From: Planctomycetota bacterium
Lineage (GTDB): Bacteria > Planctomycetota > UBA1135 > GCA-002686595
NCBI GenBank assembly: GCA_002720975.1
Contig: PBIX01000007.1
Span: forward strand, 58,251 to 122,250
Reading direction: 5' to 3'
Length of the DNA: 64,000 nucleotides
Made by a program: the position numbers and the translations under genes
Notes under the pieces: model-generated
Database searches by the model: none
Told to the model about the DNA's origin: nothing
The model's input: the letters and a program-made list of their open reading frames with translations, nothing else
Shown here: in pieces, positions 1 through 8,440 of the stretch
How the letters are laid out: each line of letters opens with the position of its first letter
Numbering within the stretch: position 1 is the stretch's first letter

Positions 1-568
1 AGACCTCGACGCCGGAGGTGTCCAGCAGCGCTCCTGCGTAGCCCACCCGGCGCTCGCCCTTGCGCTTGAACGCAGGGACCAGGCGTGCGGGGTACGCCGG
101 TTGGTGGGGGATCGTGCGCATGCGATCACGCGGCAAGCCACCGCGATTGACGGCTCCTTCCTCCAAGGTCCTGCACGGGTGAACCACAGCCTGAAGATGT
201 CCATGGTGATGGTGGATGGGAGAGCTGACGGGGCCTGTCAGCTCGAGGGCGTACGGACTCGCAAGACGCGCACCGAGAGGCGCGAGTTCGGCTCCCAGTA
301 CGTAGATCAGGTCCGCCTCGACCGCGCGTGCCAACTCCTGCATACGATGCGCTACGAAGGGCGCTTGCCAGGGGCTGAGTTCACCTCGCCAATGGACAAG
401 CTCCACCTCCAACTCAGTGAACTCATCCCGGCGGCAGCCCCCGGGGGTGGCCAGAGTGACCCGCGTTCCGGATTGGGCAAGCGAGTCCAGGCAGCAGCGC
501 AGGCGTTCGGTGGAACCGCTGAGGCCCAGATGGGAAGCGATGAAGAGGACGCTGGGAGGGGAGGGCAT
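1..568 (-). CDS. Glycosyltransferase (GT4/GT1-like), N-terminal part; 3' end lies beyond the window edge
   Basis: Hand translation of the minus strand from ATG at 568 gives MPSPPSVLFIASHLGLSGSTERLRCCLDSLAQSGTRVTLATPGG..., open to position 1. The N-terminus resembles a Rossmann-like GT-B fold. It starts 22 nt downstream of the LpxL-like gene stop, in LPS gene context. Confidence 0.45.
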   Translation of the reverse strand, partial: MPSPPSVLFIASHLGLSGSTERLRCCLDSLAQSGTRVTLATPGGCRRDEFTELEVELVHWRGELSPWQAPFVAHRMQELARAVEADLIYVLGAELAPLGARLASPYALELTGPVSSPIHHHHGHLQAVVHPCRTLEEGAVNRGGLPRDRMRTIPHQPAYPARLVPAFKRKGERRVGYAGALLDTSGVEV

Positions 569-589
569 GGCAGTGAGGTGGGCGAGATT

Positions 590-1591
590 CTACGCCTTTG
601 GCGGGCCGGACAGCGCATCGGATGCGAGGCCGCGGGAGGCCAGGGGCGCGGTGGGGCCCTGTTCGGGGGGCGTACGCCAGCGGTGTTGGTGCCAGGCCCA
701 CTGTTCCGGGTCCTGCCGGATCCAATTCTCAAAGACCCCATTCATGCGCTGCAAGAGATCCATCGTGGCCTCCGAACGCGGGGCGTGGGGATCCAGTACC
801 AGGGGTTCCTCGAACAGGAGCGCATAGCCAGTCCCGCGAGCCACGCAACGCATTGGAATGAGCGGTGTCTTGTGGGCCCGGGCCAGGGCGGCAGGGGCAC
901 TCATGGTCAGCGCCGGTCGGTCGAAGAAGGGGACGTGCACACCGGCCAGGCGGCGCACCTCCAGGTCGCAAACGAGGCCGAGAATCTCCCCACGCTGTAG
1001 TACTTCCAGTAGCCGCCGGGGATGGGAGTCCTGGGCCAGGGACTCGAGACCATAGCTGCGACGCATGCGCGTGATCCACTTAGAAGAGGAGTCACGCTTG
1101 CGCTCCAGGCCGACGGCCTGTCCCTCAAAGCCCAGGCGCCGCAATCGGGCTGGACCCAGCTCCCAGTTTCCAAGATGGGCGCTGACGAGGATGGCGCCAC
1201 GCCCCTCGCTCATGACTCGCTCCAGGTGCTCAATGGAATCGTCAACAGCTACCGCACGCTCGATCCAGAGCCCCTTGTGGCTGCGTGGACCGGAAGGAGG
1301 GGCACCACGCGCCAGGCGCATCCACTCTTGGAACACCCTCGCCGAGTGCGAGAAGCTTGCACGTAAGATGGCCTCCCGTTCATCGTGGGAGAGGTCTTGC
1401 CCGAACGCGATTCTCAGGTTGTCTCTGGCGCGATCGCCCAGGCCGCCGCGCCTTACCAGGGCAGCCGCGGTCCTCAGGCCCAGGCCGAGAACGTGCGCGG
1501 GCAAGACACCGCCCGAACGGGTCATGGCACCCAGCAAGTGGGAGCGCAGGGTGCGGCGAAGGGGCTCAGCCACGGGGTGCAATCTCGGCAT
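590..1591 (-). CDS. Lipid A biosynthesis (Kdo2-lipid IVA) acyltransferase, LpxL/HtrB/MsbB family
   Basis: 333-aa ORF with the family signature HLGNWE (SAHLGNWELG) and a C-terminal QDPEQWAWHQHRW-type tail. It sits among LPS genes. The start could instead be the internal Met at 1525. Confidence 0.75.
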   Translation of the reverse strand: MPRLHPVAEPLRRTLRSHLLGAMTRSGGVLPAHVLGLGLRTAAALVRRGGLGDRARDNLRIAFGQDLSHDEREAILRASFSHSARVFQEWMRLARGAPPSGPRSHKGLWIERAVAVDDSIEHLERVMSEGRGAILVSAHLGNWELGPARLRRLGFEGQAVGLERKRDSSSKWITRMRRSYGLESLAQDSHPRRLLEVLQRGEILGLVCDLEVRRLAGVHVPFFDRPALTMSAPAALARAHKTPLIPMRCVARGTGYALLFEEPLVLDPHAPRSEATMDLLQRMNGVFENWIRQDPEQWAWHQHRWRTPPEQGPTAPLASRGLASDALSGPPKA

Positions 1592-2870
1592 CGAGTTGCG
1601 CGCGGATCCTCATGCGCTCGGCTCGGGTGGAGCGCTGGGCGGCAGCGAACCCTTGGACCCAGGCCCCTGCCTCAGTAGGAGTGACCCCCGGGTTGGACTC
1701 CGTCCACTGCTGTAGAGTGCCGGTCGCCTGGGGTTCGGGTGACTCGATCAGGCGCGGGTATTCAAGTAGGAGTCCGGTGGGGGAGGAGGCCAGCAGTGCG
1801 AGGGATCGGTGGCCATCCACCCACAGCCCCCTGTCCTGGAGTGCGCCCATGAGAGTGCCCGCCGCTGCCGCGGCAAGGCTGCGCTCTGAGGGAGACCAGG
1901 TTGTCCAGCACTCACCAAAGGGGATACACCCCCGGGGACGATCGAAGACCACCCGCGGTTTTTCGGTGTGGATCCAAGCCAACGGGCGCTCGGTCGGAAT
2001 CCCGTGGGACTCCAATCGCGCGGCTGTGTTCCAGCGCTGCAAAAGAGGGCCTTTCAAGGGGCCCTCTACCACCTGCACCTCGCGCGTCGGATCCCACGTG
2101 GCTTCACAAAACTCCGCACTCGGATCGAGAGCAGTCAGAACAGCGTGATCAGCGGTGAGATCCCGATGCACAAGCCCGCGCACGTTGCCTTCGTGCAGCG
2201 GTGCCATGGCGCCGCTTACGCGCTGGAACCGTACGAGCCTCTTCCCAACGTCTTCCCGCCTCCGCTCGCGGGCCTGCTGCTCAAAGGTCTCACTTCCGAG
2301 AAGGGCCTTTGAGGCTTCGCATGCTCGCGTGAAGGACCTCAGAACACGCGCGCGGAAGACCTCGTCCGCCCACTCACGTGCGCCAGCGGCCAATGGCAAC
2401 AGGAACTCATGAACATTGCGGGTCCAGCGTGTGCGTACCCGAGCCAGGTCGATCAGGTGAACCTCTCCCCCAGGTCCCACCAGCACGTTGCCCATGTGCA
2501 GGTCGGGGTGCCAGATGCGAGCGCTCCAGAGATCGGCGAGGAGTTGACCCAGGGCACGGGCTACTCTCTGGCGTGCCGCGGGCCAAGGTTTGGCTCCGGA
2601 GAGCAGTTGGGCCAGTGGGACGCATTGGGCCAACTCCTCCTGGACCAACTCCCAGGATCCTGAGCGACGACGCACGCCCAGCGCGCGCGGTACCGGTAGC
2701 CCCCGGCGTCGCAGCAGACACAGGGCCCGGTACTCCCGCCAGGCGCGCAACCCGTCCTTGAGCCCATCAACCGCCCCCGGTGAGTGAAAGCGCTTGACCA
2801 CCCTGCGTGGGCTGGAGGTGCCCTCCAGGAGGATTGTGCGCTTGGGGCCCTGCTTCAGGGGGGAGTCCAT
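1566..2870 (-). CDS. Lipopolysaccharide kinase (Kdo/WaaP) family protein with a degenerate second kinase-like half
   Basis: Contains the catalytic-loop-like WHPDLHMGNVLV followed by HLIDLARV. Start taken at ATG 2870 (MDSPLKQ...). It overlaps the downstream acyltransferase start by 26 nt. Confidence 0.6.
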   Translation of the reverse strand: MDSPLKQGPKRTILLEGTSSPRRVVKRFHSPGAVDGLKDGLRAWREYRALCLLRRRGLPVPRALGVRRRSGSWELVQEELAQCVPLAQLLSGAKPWPAARQRVARALGQLLADLWSARIWHPDLHMGNVLVGPGGEVHLIDLARVRTRWTRNVHEFLLPLAAGAREWADEVFRARVLRSFTRACEASKALLGSETFEQQARERRREDVGKRLVRFQRVSGAMAPLHEGNVRGLVHRDLTADHAVLTALDPSAEFCEATWDPTREVQVVEGPLKGPLLQRWNTAARLESHGIPTERPLAWIHTEKPRVVFDRPRGCIPFGECWTTWSPSERSLAAAAAGTLMGALQDRGLWVDGHRSLALLASSPTGLLLEYPRLIESPEPQATGTLQQWTESNPGVTPTEAGAWVQGFAAAQRSTRAERMRIRAQLDAEIAPRG

Positions 2871-2972
2871 GGGGCAGATGATACCGGGCTGCCAGCCGCG
2901 TCTCGGAAGTTGTTGCCCTGTCTCTTCGGGCAATTGGCTCCAGATCAGTATCTTGCGTGGGTCGAAGGACCC

Positions 2973-4040
2973 ATGAAGCTCCAGCTCTACATTCTGCGCC
3001 AGCTTGTCACAGGCTGCGCGTTCTCCGTGGGCGGCCTGTTGGTCGTGGCTCTACCCGGTATCGCCGTGACCACGATCCACAAGGTGCCCCATGCGGACTT
3101 CATGGTGCTGCTCAAGCTCCTGCCCCTTACCTTGCAGACCCTGGTGCCCTACGTGCTCCCCATGTGTTTCCTGCTGGCATGCGTGGCGACCTATGGACGG
3201 CTGGCCGCGGACAGAGAGTGGACGGCGATCCAGATGAGCGGGACCCGTCCCCTGCGGATGATATTGCCTGCGGCAGCCCTGGCCAGCATCCTGGCCTTGG
3301 TCACCTTCTGGATGGTCTCAACCCAGTTACCCCAGATGAAGGAGCGTCTGCGCGATCTGAGGGTTCAGGCTGTGGCCTCTTCCATCGGGAATCTGGGCCC
3401 TGGTCGCACACACATGAAGTTGGGGGATGTTCTTGTCGAGGCTCTCTGGCACGATCCGGAGACGGGTCTTCTGCACGACGTGTACGTACGCGAGCCGGAG
3501 AGGGAAGGACGACCCAAGCGCGACTATCACGCGCAGACCGCGAAAATGCGCGTGAGCAACGGTCTCCTGACTGTGGAAATGACGGACCTGCTATCCGTCG
3601 ATCCGGTGGATGGAAGCATGGGAACGTTCGAGTGGATAGGGTTCGACTATCAGCTCAAGGACCAAGGGTTCGTGCCATCCAACAGGCCGCGGTACCTCAA
3701 GTCGAACGAAATACGACGGCGCTTGGAAGCGGGTGAGGTTTCCTCCGGGATGCGAGATCGCTACCGCTATGAAATCCACTATCGCTACGTCTTGTCGTCG
3801 GCCTACTTCCTGTTCATGTTGCTGGGTGTTTCCACAGGCCTGATCCTGCGCAAGGGAACCCAGCTGGGTGCCTTGGCCGCATCTTCCGGATACGGACTCC
3901 TGCACTACCTGCTCAACATCAAGCTGGCCAAGGATCTGGGCCTGGGGGCCCTTTTCTCGCCGGAAGCGGGTGCCTGGACCCCAACAGCCATCGGCCTCCT
4001 GATCGCCGTGCCCTTCATGCATCGGGCCCTCAAGCGATGA
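2973..4040 (+). CDS. LptF/LptG (YjgP/YjgQ) family LPS export permease
   Basis: Internal ATG at 2973 gives MKLQLYILRQLVTGCAFSVGGLLVVALPG..., a typical family N-terminus. The protein has multiple TM segments and a periplasmic middle domain. The upstream part of ORF 2784.. is probably not translated. Confidence 0.7.
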   Translation: MKLQLYILRQLVTGCAFSVGGLLVVALPGIAVTTIHKVPHADFMVLLKLLPLTLQTLVPYVLPMCFLLACVATYGRLAADREWTAIQMSGTRPLRMILPAAALASILALVTFWMVSTQLPQMKERLRDLRVQAVASSIGNLGPGRTHMKLGDVLVEALWHDPETGLLHDVYVREPEREGRPKRDYHAQTAKMRVSNGLLTVEMTDLLSVDPVDGSMGTFEWIGFDYQLKDQGFVPSNRPRYLKSNEIRRRLEAGEVSSGMRDRYRYEIHYRYVLSSAYFLFMLLGVSTGLILRKGTQLGALAASSGYGLLHYLLNIKLAKDLGLGALFSPEAGAWTPTAIGLLIAVPFMHRALKR

Positions 4041-5146
4041 CCTCCGAACGTCAACTCTCGATCCGTTCCCGCCTCGATCGCTATGTGGGGGCGCACTTCT
4101 TTTGGAGCTATTGCGCCACCCTGGGGCTGATGGTGGGGATGTTCGTCATCTTGGACCTGGCTGGGAAGACAGGGTACTTCGAGACCTGGGAGGATGGGAC
4201 ACGGGTTCCCTTCACCACGGTTCTGTACTACGGGTTGCTGAACCTCCCCTACCAGCTGCTTCAGATTGCTCCCTTTGTGACCCTCTTCGCGGGGATGTTC
4301 ACGGTCAATCGGCTGATGCGCAAGAATGAGGTTGTGGCCGTCCTGTCGGCAGGCGTTTCCGTTCACCGACTACTTCTTCCCGTCTACATCGGAGGCGTGG
4401 TTATCGCATTGGCCATGTTCGCCCTGCGCGAGGGCGTGCGATTCGGTTTTGCAGAGGAGCGTGATGCCCTGGAGGACATGCTCGCGGAGCAGCGCCACGA
4501 ACGGGTCATAGAGAACCTGGTGGTGCGGGATGTGTCCGGCAGTATTGTGGTTCTCGACCGCTTCTACCCGGGGTCGTCGAGTGAGCCAGAACCCAGAGTG
4601 GTCGGGCTCCATGTGCGCCAGCGGCAGGGGGACTCGTATTCGAGCATCCGGGCATCGAGTGCCAAGTGGATAGGGGAGGATCTGATGCTGGAGGATGGGC
4701 GGCGCCAGGTCGTATCTGAGGTGGAGAGCGAGGTGGAACAGGTACACCGTCTTGTGGGGGTGGACGTTACGCCCAGCATTGCGCTCACCTACAATCGCGC
4801 ACAGTCCGAACCCCTGGAGCTCGCCTTCAGCGAGGTGGAGGAGTTGATCCGCCGGGAGCCGGACAATCCAGCGTGGCAGACCCTCTGGCACTACCACCTG
4901 ACCTTCTCCTTGGCGAATCTGGTGCTCTTGCTCGTGGGCCTGCCCCTGATGTTCGACTTCGAGAGGGGGGGCGGGAGCGAACGCATGGCGCTTGGAGGCC
5001 TTCTGTGCGTGTTCTACTTCGGCATTGACTTCGTCTTGCGCGGTTATGGGCTGTCGGGCGGGCTCTCTCCGATCCTGGCGTCCTGGCTGCCCGCCCTGTT
5101 TTTTGGCAGCTTGGGGGCCGCCCTCGTCGACTCGGTGCGCACCTGA
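4037..5146 (+). CDS. LptF/LptG (YjgP/YjgQ) family LPS export permease
   Basis: Has the N-terminal LDRYVGAHFFWSYCATLGLMVGMFVILDL motif and TM-rich ends. An ATGA overlap with the preceding permease gene gives the paired arrangement typical of lptF-lptG. Confidence 0.75.
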   Translation: MTSERQLSIRSRLDRYVGAHFFWSYCATLGLMVGMFVILDLAGKTGYFETWEDGTRVPFTTVLYYGLLNLPYQLLQIAPFVTLFAGMFTVNRLMRKNEVVAVLSAGVSVHRLLLPVYIGGVVIALAMFALREGVRFGFAEERDALEDMLAEQRHERVIENLVVRDVSGSIVVLDRFYPGSSSEPEPRVVGLHVRQRQGDSYSSIRASSAKWIGEDLMLEDGRRQVVSEVESEVEQVHRLVGVDVTPSIALTYNRAQSEPLELAFSEVEELIRREPDNPAWQTLWHYHLTFSLANLVLLLVGLPLMFDFERGGGSERMALGGLLCVFYFGIDFVLRGYGLSGGLSPILASWLPALFFGSLGAALVDSVRT

Positions 5147-5229
5147 CCCCGCTCGGGTCCCCTCGAATCCAGGGAAGAAGCACTCCCCAGCGGCGTCTGA
5201 GCCAGGGCGCACCCCACCTGAACCCTCCA

Positions 5230-6528
5230 ATGCCCATCCCGACCCGTCTCCGATCTCTGTCCAGCCTTCTGATCCTCGTCTGGCCTGGCCTTCTGGCCTG
5301 CCAGTCCATGACTCCCGAGGATCACGATTCCGATGAGGTCCACCTTCTCGTGGCATCGGGGGAGTACACGGCCGCCGTAGAGGCTGCCCAGGCGCGCGTC
5401 AGCGCGGATCCCAACAGCGCGAAGGCCCGCGATGAGCACCGGCTGGCATCGGTTGCGATGCTCCTCGACTGGGGGCGGCAGCTGAGCTTTCTCGGATATG
5501 ACGAAGAGGCCCTGGAAGCGTTTGGCCAAGCCCGCGCCCTCGCCCAGTCTCCCGAGTTTGAAGCGGGTTCGAGCGCAGGTGAATCCGGTCTGGCCCGTAT
5601 CCCCAACCAGCCCCAGCAGTGGATCGACAAGACGCGCGCGAAGATCGCCGCAGATTGGATGTCTCGCGGGGAACAGTTGTTGGTCAACGGAGATCTTGGT
5701 GAGGCGAGTGATGCCTTCGGCATGGCCGCCGAGTACGACTCTTCCTTGCCGGGGCTTCAGGCTGCGGGCGCGAGCATCGAGAAGCGGCTTGAGTTTCATG
5801 CAGATCTGGCAGAGGTGTACTACAACGAGGGCATCAGCCAACTTCGGAAAGGCGATCTTGATGTTGCGCGTAGCCGCTTCAGTTATGCCGACAAGTACTC
5901 CCATGGAGAAGGGCGCGCCAAGGAACGTCTGAGTGAGGTCAAGGGTGAGCTTGCTCGGCGCCATGTGGCTCTGGCAGAGACCCTGGAGTCGACGGGCTTC
6001 TTCTCAGCTGCTCGGGTGGAATACCTGACGGCCCTGGACAGTGATCCCGGTTCTGCTGAAGCCCTGGTTGGGCTGGAGCGTATGCACAGTGAGGCCAAGG
6101 CCTTCGAGACCCTCAAGCGCGGAGAGATGTGGGTACTGCGCGAGGATTGGGAGCAGGCCAAGGAGGTCTTGCTGGCCGGTCGCGAGCAGACGCAGATGCA
6201 GAAGGAGGCTTTCGATCAGGTGTTGACCCAGCTCGAAGATGCACGCATAGCCGAGAAATATGAGTTGGCCCTGAACCTCGAGCATGATTTCCGCTTCAAC
6301 GGGGCTATTGTCCAGTACGAGGAGATCCTGGACGACAGGGACTTCTTCCTGGATTCGAGGGCGCGTCTCGACACCCTGCGTGAGAAGGTTGAGCGGGTAG
6401 AGACCCTCTACAAGGCTCAAGGCACTGAGCAGGACTCACAGGAGCGGCAGCGGCTCCTGAAGGAGATCGAGTCTCTCTGGCCCGATTACAAGGACATCCA
6501 AGACCTCTTGGAGTCCAGCGGTTCCTGA
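5230..6528 (+). CDS. TPR-like repeat lipoprotein
   Basis: Signal peptide with lipobox (LILVWPGLLAC/QS). The rest is helical, Ala/Glu/Leu-rich repeat sequence resembling TPR. Confidence 0.55.
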   Translation: MPIPTRLRSLSSLLILVWPGLLACQSMTPEDHDSDEVHLLVASGEYTAAVEAAQARVSADPNSAKARDEHRLASVAMLLDWGRQLSFLGYDEEALEAFGQARALAQSPEFEAGSSAGESGLARIPNQPQQWIDKTRAKIAADWMSRGEQLLVNGDLGEASDAFGMAAEYDSSLPGLQAAGASIEKRLEFHADLAEVYYNEGISQLRKGDLDVARSRFSYADKYSHGEGRAKERLSEVKGELARRHVALAETLESTGFFSAARVEYLTALDSDPGSAEALVGLERMHSEAKAFETLKRGEMWVLREDWEQAKEVLLAGREQTQMQKEAFDQVLTQLEDARIAEKYELALNLEHDFRFNGAIVQYEEILDDRDFFLDSRARLDTLREKVERVETLYKAQGTEQDSQERQRLLKEIESLWPDYKDIQDLLESSGS

Positions 6529-6535
6529 CCTTCGA

Positions 6536-7267
6536 CTAGGAGTCCCGCGCTTCTTCCTGAAGTGTCGACTCCAGGGCTGTGCGTGCGAGGCCCCAGATCA
6601 GGAATCCGGCGATGCTGCATTCGAGCCAAGGGTGTATCGACACCTGGGAAAAATCACCGCGCCAGACGACCAATCCCCAGTAGATGTAGGGCACCCAGGC
6701 TCCCAGACAGACAGCCATGGCTGCTCGTGACTTGGCGCGCGGGTCGGGTTCGTCCTCGGCTGGCGGTTCGCCTTTCTCGGCCAAATCGCGATCGATCTTG
6801 TCGAGGGCGTTGGCCACCCGATCCACAAGTCCTTGATTGGAGAGGACGGCCTGGATCTCCACCAAGATGGCGAAGAAGTTCACGCACAGGGCCAGGACTC
6901 CCACCAACATGTGGGTCATGGGGGGGAGGCCGATGGCTGACTGGGCTGTGCCAAGCACACCAGCTGCAACGATAGAGACCGCACCGAGAAGGGCGGCGGG
7001 GTAGGCTTTCTTGCGACTGAAGAACTCATTCAGTTCGGCCAGGAATTCAGCCGGGAGATCGCGGTGCAGGATGGCTTCGCGAATGATCCGCCCGGTGATG
7101 ACCATGAACAGGATCAATAGCGAGTGCGTACCGATGGTGAGGATGGCCGTCACCAGCGCTACGCGGAAGTGCACATCCAACTGCCCCGAGATCCCGAGCC
7201 AAGCGGACACAAGGAGCGCGACAATCGTCAGAAATGCCGCCGCCCCGAAGTAGTGAATCATGCGCAT
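6536..7267 (-). CDS. Integral membrane protein of unknown function
   Basis: 243-aa ORF with about 6 hydrophobic segments and clean coding character. I recognised no family motif. Confidence 0.5.
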   Translation of the reverse strand: MRMIHYFGAAAFLTIVALLVSAWLGISGQLDVHFRVALVTAILTIGTHSLLILFMVITGRIIREAILHRDLPAEFLAELNEFFSRKKAYPAALLGAVSIVAAGVLGTAQSAIGLPPMTHMLVGVLALCVNFFAILVEIQAVLSNQGLVDRVANALDKIDRDLAEKGEPPAEDEPDPRAKSRAAMAVCLGAWVPYIYWGLVVWRGDFSQVSIHPWLECSIAGFLIWGLARTALESTLQEEARDS

Positions 7268-7330
7268 CGCGGCCCATTGTGATTCGCCAAGGGGCTGTGC
7301 GCTAGTCCATCGGCCCGGGTTGTATCGAGT

Positions 7331-8338
7331 TCAGAGGAGGGCCAGGACACTCTCCACTTCCAAGCCGAGCATGGGCCCCAGGCCTCCGGGGTTGGCGCGG
7401 ATGATCCGGTTTCCGGAGTCCGGCGCTCCCTCCAAAGGCCAGGGGCCCGTGAGGAGAGGATCCTGGGGCCCTGAGAGGAGTCGCACGTGCAATCCGCAGG
7501 CGGCGGCCAGATGGCTTGGGCCCGAATCGCAGGCCACGAATCCCACACCCTCAGCGGCGGCGGCTGTCAGGAAACCTGCGAGCTGGCGCAAGTCGCTCTG
7601 ACCAATCCAATGGCTCACACGCTCCTCGTCCTGTAGCTCCTGGGCCAACCGCTGGCCAGTGCCCGCCTCTGCGGGGCCCGAGAGAACCAATGCCCGGTCA
7701 CCGCGACGAGCGAGCTCCCGGGCCAGACTGGCGAAGCGCTCCGAGGGCCAGGTGCGCGGGTCCCCCTCCCGGCCGAGGTGGAGAACCCAGCATTGCCCAG
7801 CTCCGGCACTGAACCGCTCGGCGAGCTCCTTGGCACCTTCCTCCAGCTCCGCTGTCGAGAGTCCGAGGTCGAAGGAGAGAGGGCTTCGGTCTCCGATGGC
7901 GTCAATCAGGGAGACCGCCTTGTGGATGGCATGGGGGCCCTCAGCCGGTGGGGCGAACTCTGTCATGAACCGCGCACCCACGGGTTCCTGCCAGTGAACC
8001 GGCGCGAGGGCGAGTCGGCGCGGGGCAGCGGAGAGGCGCGAGAGCAGCGCGCTCTTCATGTTGCCTTGGGCATCCACCGTGAGGTCAGGGCCGAATGCGG
8101 CCATCGCGCGTCGTGCCCGCCACACGCCACGCAGGCCCGCACGTCGATCGAAGAGCAGGCTCTCGTCAAGACCGGGTAGACCTGTGAGTAGAGGGGCGAA
8201 CTCCTTCTGGCAGATCCACGCAAGCTTGGCGGCAGGCCAGCGCCGGCGTAGGGCGTGAAAGACAGGCAGGGCATGGACCACATCCCCGAGGTGGGACAGT
8301 CGCACCAGAAGGACTCGACCGGGTTCGGGGGGATTCAC
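7331..8338 (-). CDS. Glycosyltransferase family 9 (ADP-heptose:LPS heptosyltransferase-like)
   Basis: Has the typical GT9 N-terminus RVLLVRLSHLGDVVHALPVFHALRRRWPAAKLAWIC and a C-terminal CDSGPSHLAAA motif. Start placed at GTG 8338 (VNPPEPGRVLLV...). The track ORF start at 8572 would run into the divergent kinase gene. Confidence 0.75.
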   Translation of the reverse strand: MNPPEPGRVLLVRLSHLGDVVHALPVFHALRRRWPAAKLAWICQKEFAPLLTGLPGLDESLLFDRRAGLRGVWRARRAMAAFGPDLTVDAQGNMKSALLSRLSAAPRRLALAPVHWQEPVGARFMTEFAPPAEGPHAIHKAVSLIDAIGDRSPLSFDLGLSTAELEEGAKELAERFSAGAGQCWVLHLGREGDPRTWPSERFASLARELARRGDRALVLSGPAEAGTGQRLAQELQDEERVSHWIGQSDLRQLAGFLTAAAAEGVGFVACDSGPSHLAAACGLHVRLLSGPQDPLLTGPWPLEGAPDSGNRIIRANPGGLGPMLGLEVESVLALL

Positions 8339-8440
8339 GGGCACATCCTCTGCGACTTCCCTCCACAGGGAGAAAGTGATTGACGATTGAGGAGATCCGG
8401 TTGCGCGTTCATGCGTAGAGAGGGGTAGAGTGAGCCGGAG

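Noticed and set aside
101-1000. 299-aa plus-strand ORF at the window start.
   Set aside because: It is antisense to the GT4-like and LpxL-family genes, which carry recognisable motifs (HLGNWE). It has a TTG start and a Gly/Arg/Ala-rich product.
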